Below, piece by piece: positions 41,042 through 54,592 of a DNA stretch of 64,000 bases. Numbering within the stretch: position 1 is the stretch's first letter; the number at the start of each line of letters is the position of its first letter. The notes under the pieces are model-generated. The model did no database searches. It was given only the letters and a program-made list of their open reading frames with translations, and was not told the origin of the DNA. The DNA comes from Hydrolagus affinis (taxonomy: Eukaryota), in contig JAAILG010001456.1 of NCBI GenBank assembly GCA_012026655.1, positions 1-64,000 on the forward strand, in the 5' to 3' direction. A program made the translations under genes and the position numbers.

Positions 41042-41253
41042 CAGTAAAAGCCCGTTTATCCGGCAGCTGATCAACCGTAACTTCCGGATAACCGGCATCA
41101 CAAAATAAATGTGCACATTCAATTAACCGGAATTTATCCAGAAAAATACATTGAAAAAATTTTTTTTTTTTGCGTTTTCGCCCGAATATCCGGCAGGCGC
41201 TTTAACCGGCATTGCCCAGGTCCCGAGGGTGCTGGATAAATGGGCTTTTACTG
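41042..41253. mobile_element. Tigger-like MITE (mirror copy)
   Basis: Mirror of 25653-25864. Confidence 0.85.
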
Positions 41254-41970
41254 TATTTTGAAAACTGTGATGGAAAAGGACAAAAGGCTGAAAGATACAT
41301 TGAATTTACTATTTGCAACTTGCCAAGTGTCTGCTTCATTCCAGAACCCATCACCATGCTTAAGGGTATCCAAACCAAACAGTTCCATGCATTCCCATTT
41401 ATACATGGAAATTCCAGAGATATTAATTGAAATGCAGTATGGACTCTCTCTCTGAAGGGACAAATCCTGCTAACTCCAGAGAGTATTAGGCACCAGTTGG
41501 CAAGAGTCGAGGCTTACTATTTGCAAAGGGGCCAAGGCCCAAATGTTAAGATTCCAAGTTTTACAATTTCCAGCTATAACTAACATTATTTTACTTTATC
41601 TTACCCAAACGCTGGTCTTTGAGTAATTATTGCTCCAGAATACCACTAGGAAACATAATTATTAGTTTCTCTCTCTCTCTCTGGCATGAAACAAAGTGTA
41701 CTGTGAGATTTTATGTGTTTAATCAAACACAAATCTATCCCTTCAAATTATCAAAGTAAATGGAGTATTGTTGTGAAATAAGGTGTGTTGGTCAGCTTCA
41801 GTCAACCATGGAGTCTAAGGTCTCGTTTTTTATATGTACCTTAATCTTGTCTTTCTATACTTGTGCACATGCGTATGTGTGTGAGAGATTGAGAATAGTT
41901 TTACCATTGTTCAACCATTTTCCCTTCATTGTTGCTGTTTTCCCTCTCCTTTTCATATGCTTTCATACAG

Positions 41971-41982
41971 TGCCGTTCACAG
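41971..41982 (+). CDS. ANK2: Candidate 12-nt ANK2 microexon (mirror copy)
   Basis: catacag|tgccgttcacag|gtaggt. Confidence 0.5.
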
Positions 41983-44700
41983 GTAGGTGGTCTCCGATAC
42001 AGAGAAATCTCACAGTGCAATGATGGCTCTGTCTGCAACCCACTCTTTAGTTGAGATAATGCTGCTTGGGTGTGGGAGGAAAATGGGATGTGGGGTGTGG
42101 ATGCTCACCCTATGCACTAAAGCAATTTTCATGGCTGCATCACATTCCGCGGTGTCTTCTTGTGTTCACTGCTAAGCTGCACTTTGGGCTGGGTTGGATC
42201 GACGTGAGACTGATAATGCTGCTAGAGCTATCATTATTGCCTTCTGCTTGTGACTTGTCTGATATTTGGCAGCTTGGATTATTCAGCTGGATTCTACCAC
42301 TGATTGACCAAAGGGAGCTGTGGAAGCTCAATTATTATTTTATAATTGTTTCCTCCCCACCACACCACCACCACCATTCGATTGCTGGATTTATGTTTTA
42401 AAGACACACGTTCTGGCTTCAGAGACAAAATATTTCAACGTTCAGGTATTTTATGTGGAAAATATATACAGTATATATATATAGATTGATTTTGATTTTG
42501 CTGTCAGTCTCCTCTGTTTGGTATTTACTGTCAACACCTATTTACTGTTCATGCTGAGAGTTAGTGCTATCCCTCTCTCTCTCTCTGTTTCTGATGCAGT
42601 ATTTGGCTGTTAAGTATTAAACAAAGCATGGTGCAGTGATATTCCTTATTTTGCAGGCGTGGCAGCTTTCTTATTTGATGTGAAGGTTTTAACTGTGGAG
42701 ATGACTAAATCTTGATTTTTATGCCATTAATAATCATTGCCATGTTGCAAAGATTCCGCACTGACTCCATCCATATAGATTGCGTGGAGCTGGCTTACTT
42801 GGCTGCCACATTAAGGTAACACAGAGCACCGAATGAGCGGCTGCAGCTCTCTGCCTGCCTCCCATCTCCATCGCTATACTCGCTGCCTTCACATTCACCA
42901 GCACTTAACTCTTTAGGAGCACATTTCTAGCTGACTCATGCAGGGCAAAAATAACCAGATCATTGAACCTCAGCTTAAAACCCAAGCCCACTTGGAAAAA
43001 TTTCACCAAAAAAGGGAAAAAAAAGAGTTTGACTTTAGAACCACTTGCTATTGATTGTTTTTCTTACCTCTGTGACATTTCCAGTCTCATTGCAACAGAG
43101 CCCTCGAGATTTGCAACCTCATCGCCCAGTGGGCTATCACACCTGCAAAATTATCACTGTTCAATTTGAACAAATTGTTATAAAGAAAATAACTTTGCCC
43201 CCTTTGCCCTACCATTAGTGACCAAGCTTTCATTCATTATGCCTCAATCTTGTGGATCACCCTTTCTGGCCTCTACCCCTTCCTAACAGTTTTTAAAATC
43301 CTACTGAAATGCTACCTCTTTGATTTTGCCCACAGTTACCTCTCCACTTGGTCTCCAGAACCATTTTTCTGAAACACTTTGAGACACTTTGCAAGTCGTT
43401 GTATCAATATGTTTTTAAATACTGTTAATCAGTTTGCTGTTGTTTGCATTATTTGCATAAAATATGACATAGCTTCCAAAACTATATTTTCAACTGAGAA
43501 TCATTAAACACACATCAGATTAAATTGGTAAATTAAGGCACAAAAACATCTCCCCTCCACACTCCCCAAACACATTCTCATAGACACACCAATATACATG
43601 GCTGATGAGAATAAAGATTTTCATTTAGGCCCTCCCCTGCATGGATTTTATTAAGATTTCTGTATTTTACATAGAAATAACATTCGTCATTGAGGGTCAG
43701 AAGCCACTTGCTGCCAGTGATTGGTTTAAAATTTTTCCATAGGATTCCAATATGTTACTTGTCGTGATATTCATTTAGCTGAAGCTGAAGCTGAAGGAAA
43801 CTAGAAACTAGAAATTATGGACCTGCAGCCATAAAACTCAGCGTAGACTTCTTGCTTGAAATAGCATATGGTTGACTTAACTGTAGCGTATCTTCCAAGG
43901 GTTTGGACAAGAGGGTGTGCTCAGTGTCTAGGTGCCTAATCAGTCCACACAGAATTAAAATGATCCTGCTGATCACCCCTAAAAGGAGCAGATTTTTAAG
44001 TATTGAGGTGAAAATTATCTAATCAAATTTCTCTTTTGAGATTTTTTGTGTGATAGTTTATCCTCTTAGATTGGTGATACTGTAGTTTGAATTAATACAA
44101 TGTTATTTCATTATTTTAATTGCATGAGATACTTGGTGCTCTTTTCTGCACAGTGATTTGTTTGTGTATTGGGTCACTTACCCAGCAGAAAAAATAGAGT
44201 GGCTCTGAAAGCCACTTCAATTCCTATTTTCTGAATCACTTTAGCCTGGAGAGTGGAGCAACATAGGTTTGAGCAAAACATCTTGTCATTTCTACACTGG
44301 GTGAAATTTGCGCCATTTCACAAGACATTCCTTGTGATAATCATCACAAAGATCGTGCTATTAAGATGCCAAAAATTTCACCCCAGGTTCTTTTATGTAT
44401 CGTATATTCAAACAATTGGTTGTTTAATTCGTTAAACTATTGATTGGTTTCCAACCATAACCAATACTACCTCCACCTCAATTTGGTTCATCCAGTGGTT
44501 AGTGATGGTTGAATATTCTGTCTATTTAGTGCTGCATCTGATGAGCACTGTCAGTGGGTTCACTTTCTTTTCCTTATTCTAATTCCCAGCCCCCTGGAAG
44601 TTGCATAATATGCTAACAACATGCTTTCTTCACTCCCCTACCCATCCCATCATCATCGTGCTGCTCCATTTCCATGGCAACCTGCCCACCCATCCATTAG

Positions 44701-44803
44701 CCTGCGATCCTTCAGTTCAGACAGGTCCAACACACCAAGCCATGGCCCATGCCAAAGGGACAGTGCCATGATCGAGGAGTTTGTCACTGCTACCAACAGC
44801 CAG
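44701..44803 (+). CDS. ANK2: Ankyrin-2 linker exon (mirror copy)
   Basis: SLRSFSSDRSNTPSHG...TNSQ. Confidence 0.88.
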
Positions 44804-45755
44804 GTATGGAATACTATGGTTTTTGTTTCAGATTTCCAGCATCTGTAATATTTTGTGTTTTGTTTTGATGGAATACTATTGTGTTTGCAAGATACGGAGT
44901 ATCATTGTGATGTGATAATGATTATAAATGATTATAAATTATAAATTTCTGTTGAATGCTTTTCTGTGATGTTTTAGTGATTATTTATGTTGCTGTGTTT
45001 CATTTGCATCTTGCTACAACAACAGCACCTTGCACTTATACAGCACCCTCCATGCGTCTCAGAAAGCTTAACAATGGTAGGGCTAGACTCCGAGCTGGAG
45101 GGGAAGGGAGGCAGTGACCGTAAGCCCGGTTGAGAAGAAAGGTTTTTTCTGCTGGGATTTGGAAAAAGGGGAGAGAGGGGACAAGGCAGAGGGATTGACG
45201 GAAAGTGTTCCAGAGTTTTGGGGCATAGTGGCACAATGTTCAATGGCAGGGCGGAGGATGCGAGGGATAAGCAGGAGGCTGGTGCCAGTCAATTGGAGGT
45301 GCTGGGTGGTGGAAATTGAAGAGGTAGAGAGGTGCCAGGGCAGGAAGGGATTTGAACACGAGTGTAAGGCTTGTTCCTTTTCAGTTCATTGAGAAATATT
45401 CTCTTGCATAAACACCTTAATGTTCTTCATGATATAATTCAGTGTAATTATGAAGACAATTTTACAATTTTACAAAATTTTACATCTGTTTATGTGGGAT
45501 ATAAAAAATCAAATCAGTTACTGAACACTTTTCTTGGTGAAAAGTTTAAATGTGCTGCAGCATGATATTTGTGTAGTTATTGTGTGGAGTAATATTAAAT
45601 TGTAATTGTTTTCTTTTACAAATGTAGAATTAAATGCTCTTACGTCTATGCACATGAATCATTACTATTTCTAGATATAATTAAACTTTTTAATTAGTGA
45701 TTAATATTTACATAGACAACCTGTTTCCTCAAAGAAATTAACTCTGTGCATACAG

Positions 45756-45859
45756 GTACTTCTGGCCAAAGGCCCAGATAAGGATTCCACCTACCGCTTA
45801 AGTTGGGAACAAGAGAACCTGGACAATGTGGCTCTTTCCTCCAGCCCGATCCATTCAGG
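45756..45859 (+). CDS. ANK2: Ankyrin-2 linker exon (mirror copy)
   Basis: ...[23 protein letters not shown]. Confidence 0.9.
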
Positions 45860-47465
45860 GTAAGCAACAAATAAGAAAATCTATATATAAGCTTGTGCGT
45901 GGAACCTGATGAGGCACAGAATGGGGGAAAGGAGGTGTGAGGAGATGGAGAGGAGGTGTGAGGAGATGGAGAGAGGTACATGTTATCCTGTTCTGTATTA
46001 GCAGGATATGTTTCCTCTCATTATAGTATTTACAGATTATTTTAGTTTTATATTGCTAACCGAAAATACAACAAAAAGAAAACATGGGAAACTGTGATCT
46101 TGTTAGGCCGGCATTCTATTCCTGTTCAGAGATGCTACAGAGGTTTTATACATATTATGGCGACTATTACAAATTACAATGCTGCCAAAAACAGACTTTT
46201 TAGAGGTGGCCCTTTGTTGCAGTTTCCAGAATATTGCACTCACAGTCATCTCCTGTCTGCTGCCCTCTCAATAAGCAAGAAGCCTACATTTTTAAAATCA
46301 CTTTTGTCGAAGAATGGATGGCAAGTGACTAATTAGTTACTATCCTCTCTTGGGGTAGAGGGAGGAGGGAAGCAGGGGACTCTGGGGGCTGAGCTGGCTC
46401 CAACGTGACGTGCTTGGCAACTGAATTTCAAGATTGAGTCAATTCTCTGCGGTTGCCTTGGTAATCTGGTTCCTGAACCAAATAAGTCTGCAGTAGGCCT
46501 ACTCCAGGACCTTGTTGATGATAGATCATCCTAACGTCAGCAGGAATTGGAGGTACATACCAGTCACTGGAGATGAGGATTTTTCTCACTTGGCTCCTTT
46601 TAGTCCCGCAAACTGAAGCCCTAGTGGATAGGGTGGCTATAGTTTGGAAGCTTGCCAAGCAGTAATTGACAATAGGAAAATATTTGGTTTGGGTTGGTTG
46701 AATTCTAACAGGACTCTCAATGCATAGTCTGGGGTTTCTAAATCTTAGCTCTTGACAATCTACATCTAGTACTCTCCAGCACTAGGAAAGCAGGATCCAT
46801 TCCGCCAGGGAGAGAGTGCACATTCCATTCCAGACCAGGGAAATTTCCTTGCACAGATGGTAAAGATATGTGCAACTCTGGTTTAGATTCTCTTTCTACA
46901 TATGTTAGACATTCGATTGATCCAACAAATAGTGTAATCAAGCTCAAGGATAGTCTCAGTAAACTGTGTAAACTCTGCACTGGAAGCATCAGTTCATGAA
47001 TCCTTTTCTTTTATTTGCAGTTGCTGTTTGGAGAAAAAATAGTATGGACAATGTTTATATCACCTTGTTTGTCAGTACAGTTCTACAGTACTTTCAAAAT
47101 TGCATTATAGAATTGTGTGAATCTAGGCAGTTATTTTCTGACTTCAGTGTTTATTTCCTCCGCTGCTGGATTTTGTATTGACTATCAGAGTGATTAATGA
47201 ACACTCATTTGACGTTTTTATCTTTAAAAAAATATCTTGTACCAGTATAGCATTTTGTCGCACATAGCTGTTGATCTAGTGCTCAGTTATTGGCTGCATA
47301 AACGTATGAGGACCATCAAATAGCAGTTTGTGTGGATATTCAAGGACTGAACAAATTCAACCAATTCAAGATCACGATTGAGTTATTTCCAAGAACATTT
47401 TGAATGAATCAGTATTTTTAGGTTCTGTGCATTTCTCTAACCTGCTTCATGATACTTATCTTTAG

Positions 47466-47645
47466 AAATTTTCAGAAAATCAAGGCTGGACGGTGGCGTG
47501 GGCCATTGGTGCTCCAATGCCAAGAGAGTGGGCAGACAACCTACTTCCAGGGCTCTGATGGTGACACTCTTGAGTCACCTATTAGGAGGTACACCACAGT
47601 GGCCCTGGATGCCTCTCCCTCTGATTTTACTGTCCCTCTCTATGG
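47466..47645 (+). CDS. ANK2: Candidate 180-nt cassette exon (mirror copy)
   Basis: Mirror of 19261-19440. Confidence 0.5.
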
Positions 47646-50194
47646 GTAAGTATGTGGCCTCACCACCTCCTCTTCATGGCATGGGGAACTGTGTGGGGCG
47701 AATTTGTTCCCTACCACTCTATTGCACAGTGGATTGGTACAGTAACATACTGCAGCACCATGCCCTCCTATTAGTGTTGTTTGGAACGATTCCCAGACCA
47801 ATAAAGTTCCTATGTTTTATAGAACATACAGACCACTTAACATTTCCCTTTGGGAAAAAATCGGGACACCAGGAATTGGAAGCCAAACCTTTTCTGGAAT
47901 GAAAGCTCTGCTCATTTCAAAAATGTGCTCAAAAGAGTCTTACCTTTGTAAACTATAAGTAAAGATGTACAGTATTTTGCTGCTCTTCGGTTAAAGAAAA
48001 TATTGATTTGAAATGGGTGGCTGGAAGATTCACACCCAAGTTTCAACAAATAATATAAAGCATGCAGTAATGGTGTACCAGATTTCAAGTGCCTGATCAT
48101 TCAATTCATCCCAGATGCAATTTTTCTGCGAATGAACCATTTTGACAGTGTCACCAATTTAGGTGTCCACTTAGATGATTTAAAGGCTGAGTAGGACTTT
48201 TAAAGGAGGAGCAGATGGCTGCCTTTTCAACTTTTCATGTTCATCATTCAGCATGGCTTCAAAAGCAATCACATTCACAGTAGAGCAGCTGGTGACAGCA
48301 CAAATCAACAGTAACTGTGGTGCAAAAAAAAGAGATAAATCCAGGGAAAAATTTTGTTGATAGGTTAATAGCTTCAGTAAGGACAGAGTACTCATTTTTC
48401 TTAAATGGAAGGAACACAGCTACTTTCAAAGATCTTTAGAAATACATATTATCCCTCACACCACACACAGACATGCCTCATTCTTAAGTTACCAAAACAA
48501 GACTGAAGTGAGTGTTGTTTCTCGCATCTCCAGTTGGGATTGACTAGTGAAATGTATGTGGAAAGATTCGTCAATCAACTTCCTTATCTTCACTCTCTCC
48601 ATCTTCTCTTGTCCAACTGTGTCCATCCCCAAACATCAAAAGGTGCACAGTATATATCCTTCTACCTCCCACACCAGCTGCCTGTGACCTTTCTAAAAAA
48701 AAGATTTTAAATTTCAGTGCTAAATATAATGAGGTCAGGTATCCCTGTGACCCCAAGGCTGGCTATGATCCCGGTCTCCCTGTGACTCTAGGGCTCACTG
48801 TGACCGCAAGGCTGGCTGTGATCAGGATTGAAATTGCCCCAAATAATTGTACCGGCAGAGCAGGGAGGATATTTTAAACTGAATGGTTTGGCTGGTTTTG
48901 AAATCACTATGTGAGTTGTTCTAGGTGTTGGAAAAGATCCTTCCCCACACTTGCCATAGGTAGATCTATTTAATATTTACTGTTTACTGTCAATACTGAA
49001 AATCTTCAATAGGAATTTGTGATATTCAATAATATGTACGGTATGGTAGAAATAATAGGCAGATCTATGTCTTATTAACTATCCCAGATTCCTTTTGAAG
49101 TTTTGTAGAATTGATACTAAACAACAGAGATTAATTGATACCCCCACCATAGTATCCCCTAATTATCCTGCTTAGCATTTGGTCAATAAAGCATTACTCC
49201 CAACATTATTTCCAGCAGTAAAATCAATTTGAATGTTAGTCACTGTATCTGCCAGTTGGAAACAACTCTAAAATGTGGTGGTGTAAAGACTCGAATGAGA
49301 AATATATGCCGCTTTAATTTGGTTGATGTCTTCCAGGCATTTATGCCGAATGGAATACTGCATTTGTATGCACAAACTCACCATGTAGGAGAAAATGTAA
49401 CAAGAAAGAAACAAAAGGAAGATTCAGAGTATGACATTTTTCTGGATCAGCATGCTAGAAGATTAAACTCTGGACTGTGAATTAGTTTCATTGCTTGCAG
49501 ATAAGAATGCAGCCACTACACTTCATAGTATATGCTGTGAACTCTTTGAGAAGTCTTCCTGACGTGAAAGGCGCTGTAGCGAACATAAGGATTATATTGA
49601 TTATTATAATTATTGCTAGTTGCAGACTCCTGTTGGTTGGTGGCCATGTGGAATCACTACATTTTCTTGATTACTTAATTATAATAATGATAATCCTTGC
49701 ATTTGACATAGTGCTTTTCACCAGACGTCTCAAAGTGCTTCACAAAATATACTGTAAAGTGAATGAATTGACTGAATATTTGTGGGCGAAATGTGGTAGC
49801 CAATTGCGCACAGCAGTATCCCACAAACAGGATTGAAATGACCAAAATTATTATTGTGTGTTTTTTTTAAGGATTATTATTATGTTTGTGGAGTAAGGAA
49901 AATTGCCCAAGGTTTTGCCCTGACCTGCCTGGAATTGAAAGAGAAAGTTGAACATGGTAGTAGAGCAGAATGCAAACTTATGATTGACATTATGAGGGCA
50001 AAGCCCTATATATTTTACCCTTGGGCATTAGGATAGTGAATGATTTCTAAGAACCCTTTACGTGCAGACAATGCTGCGGTTTGACTGTTGTTGCCAAGCA
50101 CCAATATCACTGCCATGTGGCTTTTCTGTGAATTAACTCTGCTGTCATCCTGGCACCATGCTTTTCTCGTGCTCATATGCATCTTCTGTTTCAG

Positions 50195-50227
50195 CCGCTC
50201 CTCGCTAGTCCCTGAAAATGAATCGAG
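50195..50227 (+). CDS. ANK2: Candidate 33-nt microexon (mirror copy)
   Basis: Mirror of 16679-16711. Confidence 0.5.
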
Positions 50228-53200
50228 GTGAAGATTTGCACTGTGCCTTCATGTGCTTCCATTTGGCTTTCTTTGTTTTCTCAGCTCTACGTAACCCAGC
50301 CTCAAAATTCTTCAGTGCTTTGACATACATTGATGGGTCTCCCACCCTCCAAACAGGTGTCTGTACAACCATGTAACTCAAGTCAAATCATCCAGAATGG
50401 AGATGGCTTTATAATTATTCCATCAGTTACTTTGAATGGACAAATGTGTTTTTTAAAAAAAAAGCAGAGTAAAATACAAAGAGGAAAAATCAAATTACCA
50501 TATAGAGATCTATGATGACTGGTTAGCAGCATAATAATAATAATTATAGTAATAATAATCATATCAAGGTGGTTCACAATTTTCTTACATTTTGCTTGAG
50601 TTATTGCAATATAACATTTCTGAATCAACGAACCTGTTTTACTTGTACCTTTTGTGTACTTAAAATGCTTATGCTTTCCGATAGCAAGGATTAGATTGAT
50701 GGATTTATGGACATCAATAACGCAGAGCACTGACCCATTTTGAAGCCATTCAAATTCTGATTCTAATTTCTCTCTTTATACAACTGGTGCTGAGATAAGT
50801 GAACTGCGGGAAAAACACTGTTGTTATCCCACTTTAGTGAGACATAAATATTCTCTCTCAGATTTCTCCCATAAATCTGCTTTTCCCAACTATCGAGAGG
50901 ATCATATTTATGGCTGGTTATAAATTGAACAGCAATCTTTCTTCCTCATTTTGGCCTCAGAAGTTAAATATATATATATTCTGTTTTGAGAGCCATTGGG
51001 TATTCAACTTCGCTCGATGACTCACATTTTGTCATGATTATGACTGACTCATGAGGGGAATAATATTTGAAGCTGAAAAAGCTGGTGACTTTAATGTTTC
51101 TTGGTTAAGTTAAACCATGGTTAAGTGGCTTTTCAAAATTGCAGCCCACTGTGTCTAACAGCAGAGGCTACAGCTTGTTCACGTGACAGGTTTGTCACTG
51201 GTAACAATCACCATTTAAAATGGAAGAGAAATAAATCAAATAAAAATTGATGCAACATGAACCATCTCCTCACCTGTTTTATCAAGAAAATCAGTAAGGA
51301 TTAGCAAAATATCTGGTTTATTCCTCTGCGATGGTAAACTGTATAACTCACTTCCTGGTTGATAAAGAAATAAACTGGGTATTCCGCTACTCCCATTCTG
51401 TATCCTCTTCATAACTTTGTATTAACACTTAAAATTTGCAATGTTATTTTTCCCATAGGTGTGCAGTGTGCACCAATTAACAAAGAAATAACTGTATATC
51501 TTATATCTTGGAAATGTTTTACACAGACAGTAATTTGACCTGTGTTTGGAGTATAAAATCTTGGTTTTCCAAAGCATGACTGAAATCAGTCATGATTGAA
51601 TGTATGCTGTATGTTTGTGACAAAATAATCTTTGAAGTAAAGATACATGCAAATAATTGGAGGAGTAGGGAGGGTAATTGCTTAAGTGAAATTTCCTTCA
51701 CAATTTATGTTGATCCGTAATCCAATTGGTGTAGATATAGGGAGAGAAATTCCATCTGTGTCTAGATTTTCTTTATGAATGTGACATTTTAGAACAGCCA
51801 AAATATTATGAATTCTTAAATATAGATAATATTGAAGCCAATTTTTCTGTCAGTTCTTTTCATAACTGTAGAAAACCATCTTGAAAGTTAAGGCTGTTCA
51901 TAAAGTAAATCCAATCCAGGTGGAATTTCTCCCTAATAATTTGGTAAAAATTCCGCTCAGTCTTTTGCCAAGTCCTATCAAAAGCCTACATGTTGAATGT
52001 CGATTGAAGTAACACTGAAAGGAATTTTTAACCTTAATGTTCTTACTTTTTTTTAACTGTTACTAAAACTGAACTGTTAGTTCTAAGAGTTTATGCAACT
52101 AATTTAGAGGAATGTGAGGTGCAGGTTAAAACTAAATTGTTGGGAGGTTACTGAAATAGTTTGAAATAGTAAGTATCACTTTGCTGGGATATCGAGAACC
52201 AAAGCTACAATAGGAGACCTCAAGTCTGGACGTCAGAGAGAAAACTGTAAGCATTTTAGTTTCCAAGCTGGTTTACATAATGGCTCAGTTCTTGGAGGAA
52301 AATTAAATCAAGGAATAACAATGGCAATACGTTCTAATTAATCTGATGCTCATGTAAAGCAAAGGGCCATTTCCAGTGGTGTTGGACCTTGTTCTATGTA
52401 GGATGGCATGGTGTTCTCAGAGTTTCTTCTAAACTAGCTGCTGTACCTGCATGATGTGAAGATGATACTTTCAGAAGCTCCCTAACATTTACAAAAATGA
52501 ATGCTTTCTTAGAGAGACTTTGTGCCAGGCCCAATTTCTCTATGAAACTGAATTGCTGATAAGCAATAATCATGCAATGTTTGGAAACTTATCTAAATAA
52601 AGAATGTTGAAGACCATTGCATCCACATTAACGTGAAAAACAATCCAACTTTGTGGACTTTGTCCATGGAGCAAAAGTAAAGAACATTTTACATAAGGAA
52701 ACTATTTTCTGCATGTTACCCATTTATACTTTTTGCTAACTTTTTGCAGAGGACTAGGTGACAATGTTGGTCACAACGGTGGGCTGAATAACTGCTTCTG
52801 ATGTTTGAAGATTTAATCCAGTGTTTGGATTATAAATGAAGTGAAAGATGTTTGCTATCAGAGTTTACTCTTCAGTGACCTCGGTTGTGCTAAATCTTTA
52901 AAGGTTATAGTTTTAATGGCAGAAGTAAAACCTTGGATCAAAAACAAGTCTTTACTACTGAATTGAACAGTTGGAAAGAAGATCGGATGTGTCTTGGATT
53001 TGAAAAGAGGAGACTCTTTTGTGTTCCTAATACCACAGTACAATAAACCCTGAATTGATCACATAGATCAGAAGCTTATGCTTAAATGAGATATCTTACT
53101 CAATCTAGGAGTGCCAATGTCACCTAGTCTAGCAGAGATTGAAATTGATTTTAGCTGAGGTTGCATCATCTAGGTGAAGTGTGGGAACTCAGCCTCAATC

Positions 53201-53383
53201 CTTCATTTGTGTACCACACTTGACCTAGGAGTATTCAGTGCAGTCGAAGATTGCATGAGCGTTCTGTTGTTCCATATTCTCCCTCATCTGAACAGCCGCC
53301 AACTGTCTTCCTCCCCCTGAGAGACAACTAATCAGTGATTGGAAATAAGTGCCAATGGATGAACCCTCTCCATTCATTTGCAG

Positions 53384-53608
53384 GTTCCTGGTTAGTTTTA
53401 TGGTGGACGCTCGTGGAGGATCCATGCGGGGCTGCCGTCACAATGGGCTTCGGATTATCATTCCACCCCGGAAATGCACGGCTCCAACCCGTGTGACCTG
53501 CCGCCTGGTTAAACGTCATAGACTGGCCACAATGCCTCCCATGGTGGAAGGAGAGGGTCTCACTAGTAGACTGATTGAAGTAGGACCATCCGGTGCCCAG
53601 TTCCTTGG
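53384..53608 (+). CDS. ANK2: Ankyrin-2 ZU5-A exon (mirror copy)
   Basis: [16 protein letters not shown]...AQFLG. Confidence 0.93.
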
Positions 53609-54592
53609 GTAAGTGTTTAAATGTGCAAATAATTGCAATTGAATCCCAGCTTTCTTGCCTGTCATTCAAACAGTAATGCTAAACTCATCATGACCTGATC
53701 TTAGATTTGAAAGGTCGATAATACATTTTCAGTTTGACAACATATTTTTGTAGAAAGTGGAAGAAACAGCGAGTGTAAAATGTGCGGTTTCAGAACAGAT
53801 GAAATATGGATGACATTTGCCTGCAATTTAGCATTTTCCAAAACAAAAGTTCCTTCCGTGAGAATCAGTTTGTCAGTACAATGTAGTCACAGCAGCAATG
53901 GGTTTAAATGTATGAAATTGGAAGTACAGCAAATGTTGTGTAATAGGCAGTGAAATTTGGCAAGGAATGAAGCCTCAATGAGATATCGTTTAATATTAAT
54001 CTCCATAATGAGTTCACTCATTCCCACAGCAGAACCCTGTGCTTCATTATAACATTTGCATTGTACAATACTTGTACAATTGAGTACATTTATCTGTGAT
54101 TGCTTAAAATGTGAATATGTGATTGATCTTGACATTTATTTGTGGACATTTACTTGTGGCTGACTTGTTTCAAACCACTCAAAAAATCCACGAGAGAATG
54201 ACCGGCTTCCAGTCATCAGGACAGAAATCAGACATTTTTTAGCGTGAGAAGTAAGTTAGGGCTTTGAACAGACGGCTTTCTATGCATATGCCCAGTGAAT
54301 GCAGACTGATGACCGTACTGAAACTCCTCTCTATACGTCATCCCAATATATGTTGTTTCGATTATATGTTGTTGATGAATTAATAAATAGTTAGAAAAAA
54401 TAATTAGAAAATTGGATTAATTGAAGGAATATTAGCTGATTACATTTTATATTAGTTGTTTAGTAAATATATAAATAAGATAATAAATACAATTAAGAAA
54501 ACACTTACTGGAGATGATTGATGTGGTCAGTGGGAGGGGACGGAGTCATTCAGATGAAGGGGTTGGATTACTTGCCACTTGTACGGATCCCC

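Noticed and set aside
50285-50290. Possible 6-nt microexon (tctcag|CTCTAC|gtaacc)
   Set aside because: The donor is weak and it is only 57 nt from the 33-nt candidate; it cannot be supported without reads.
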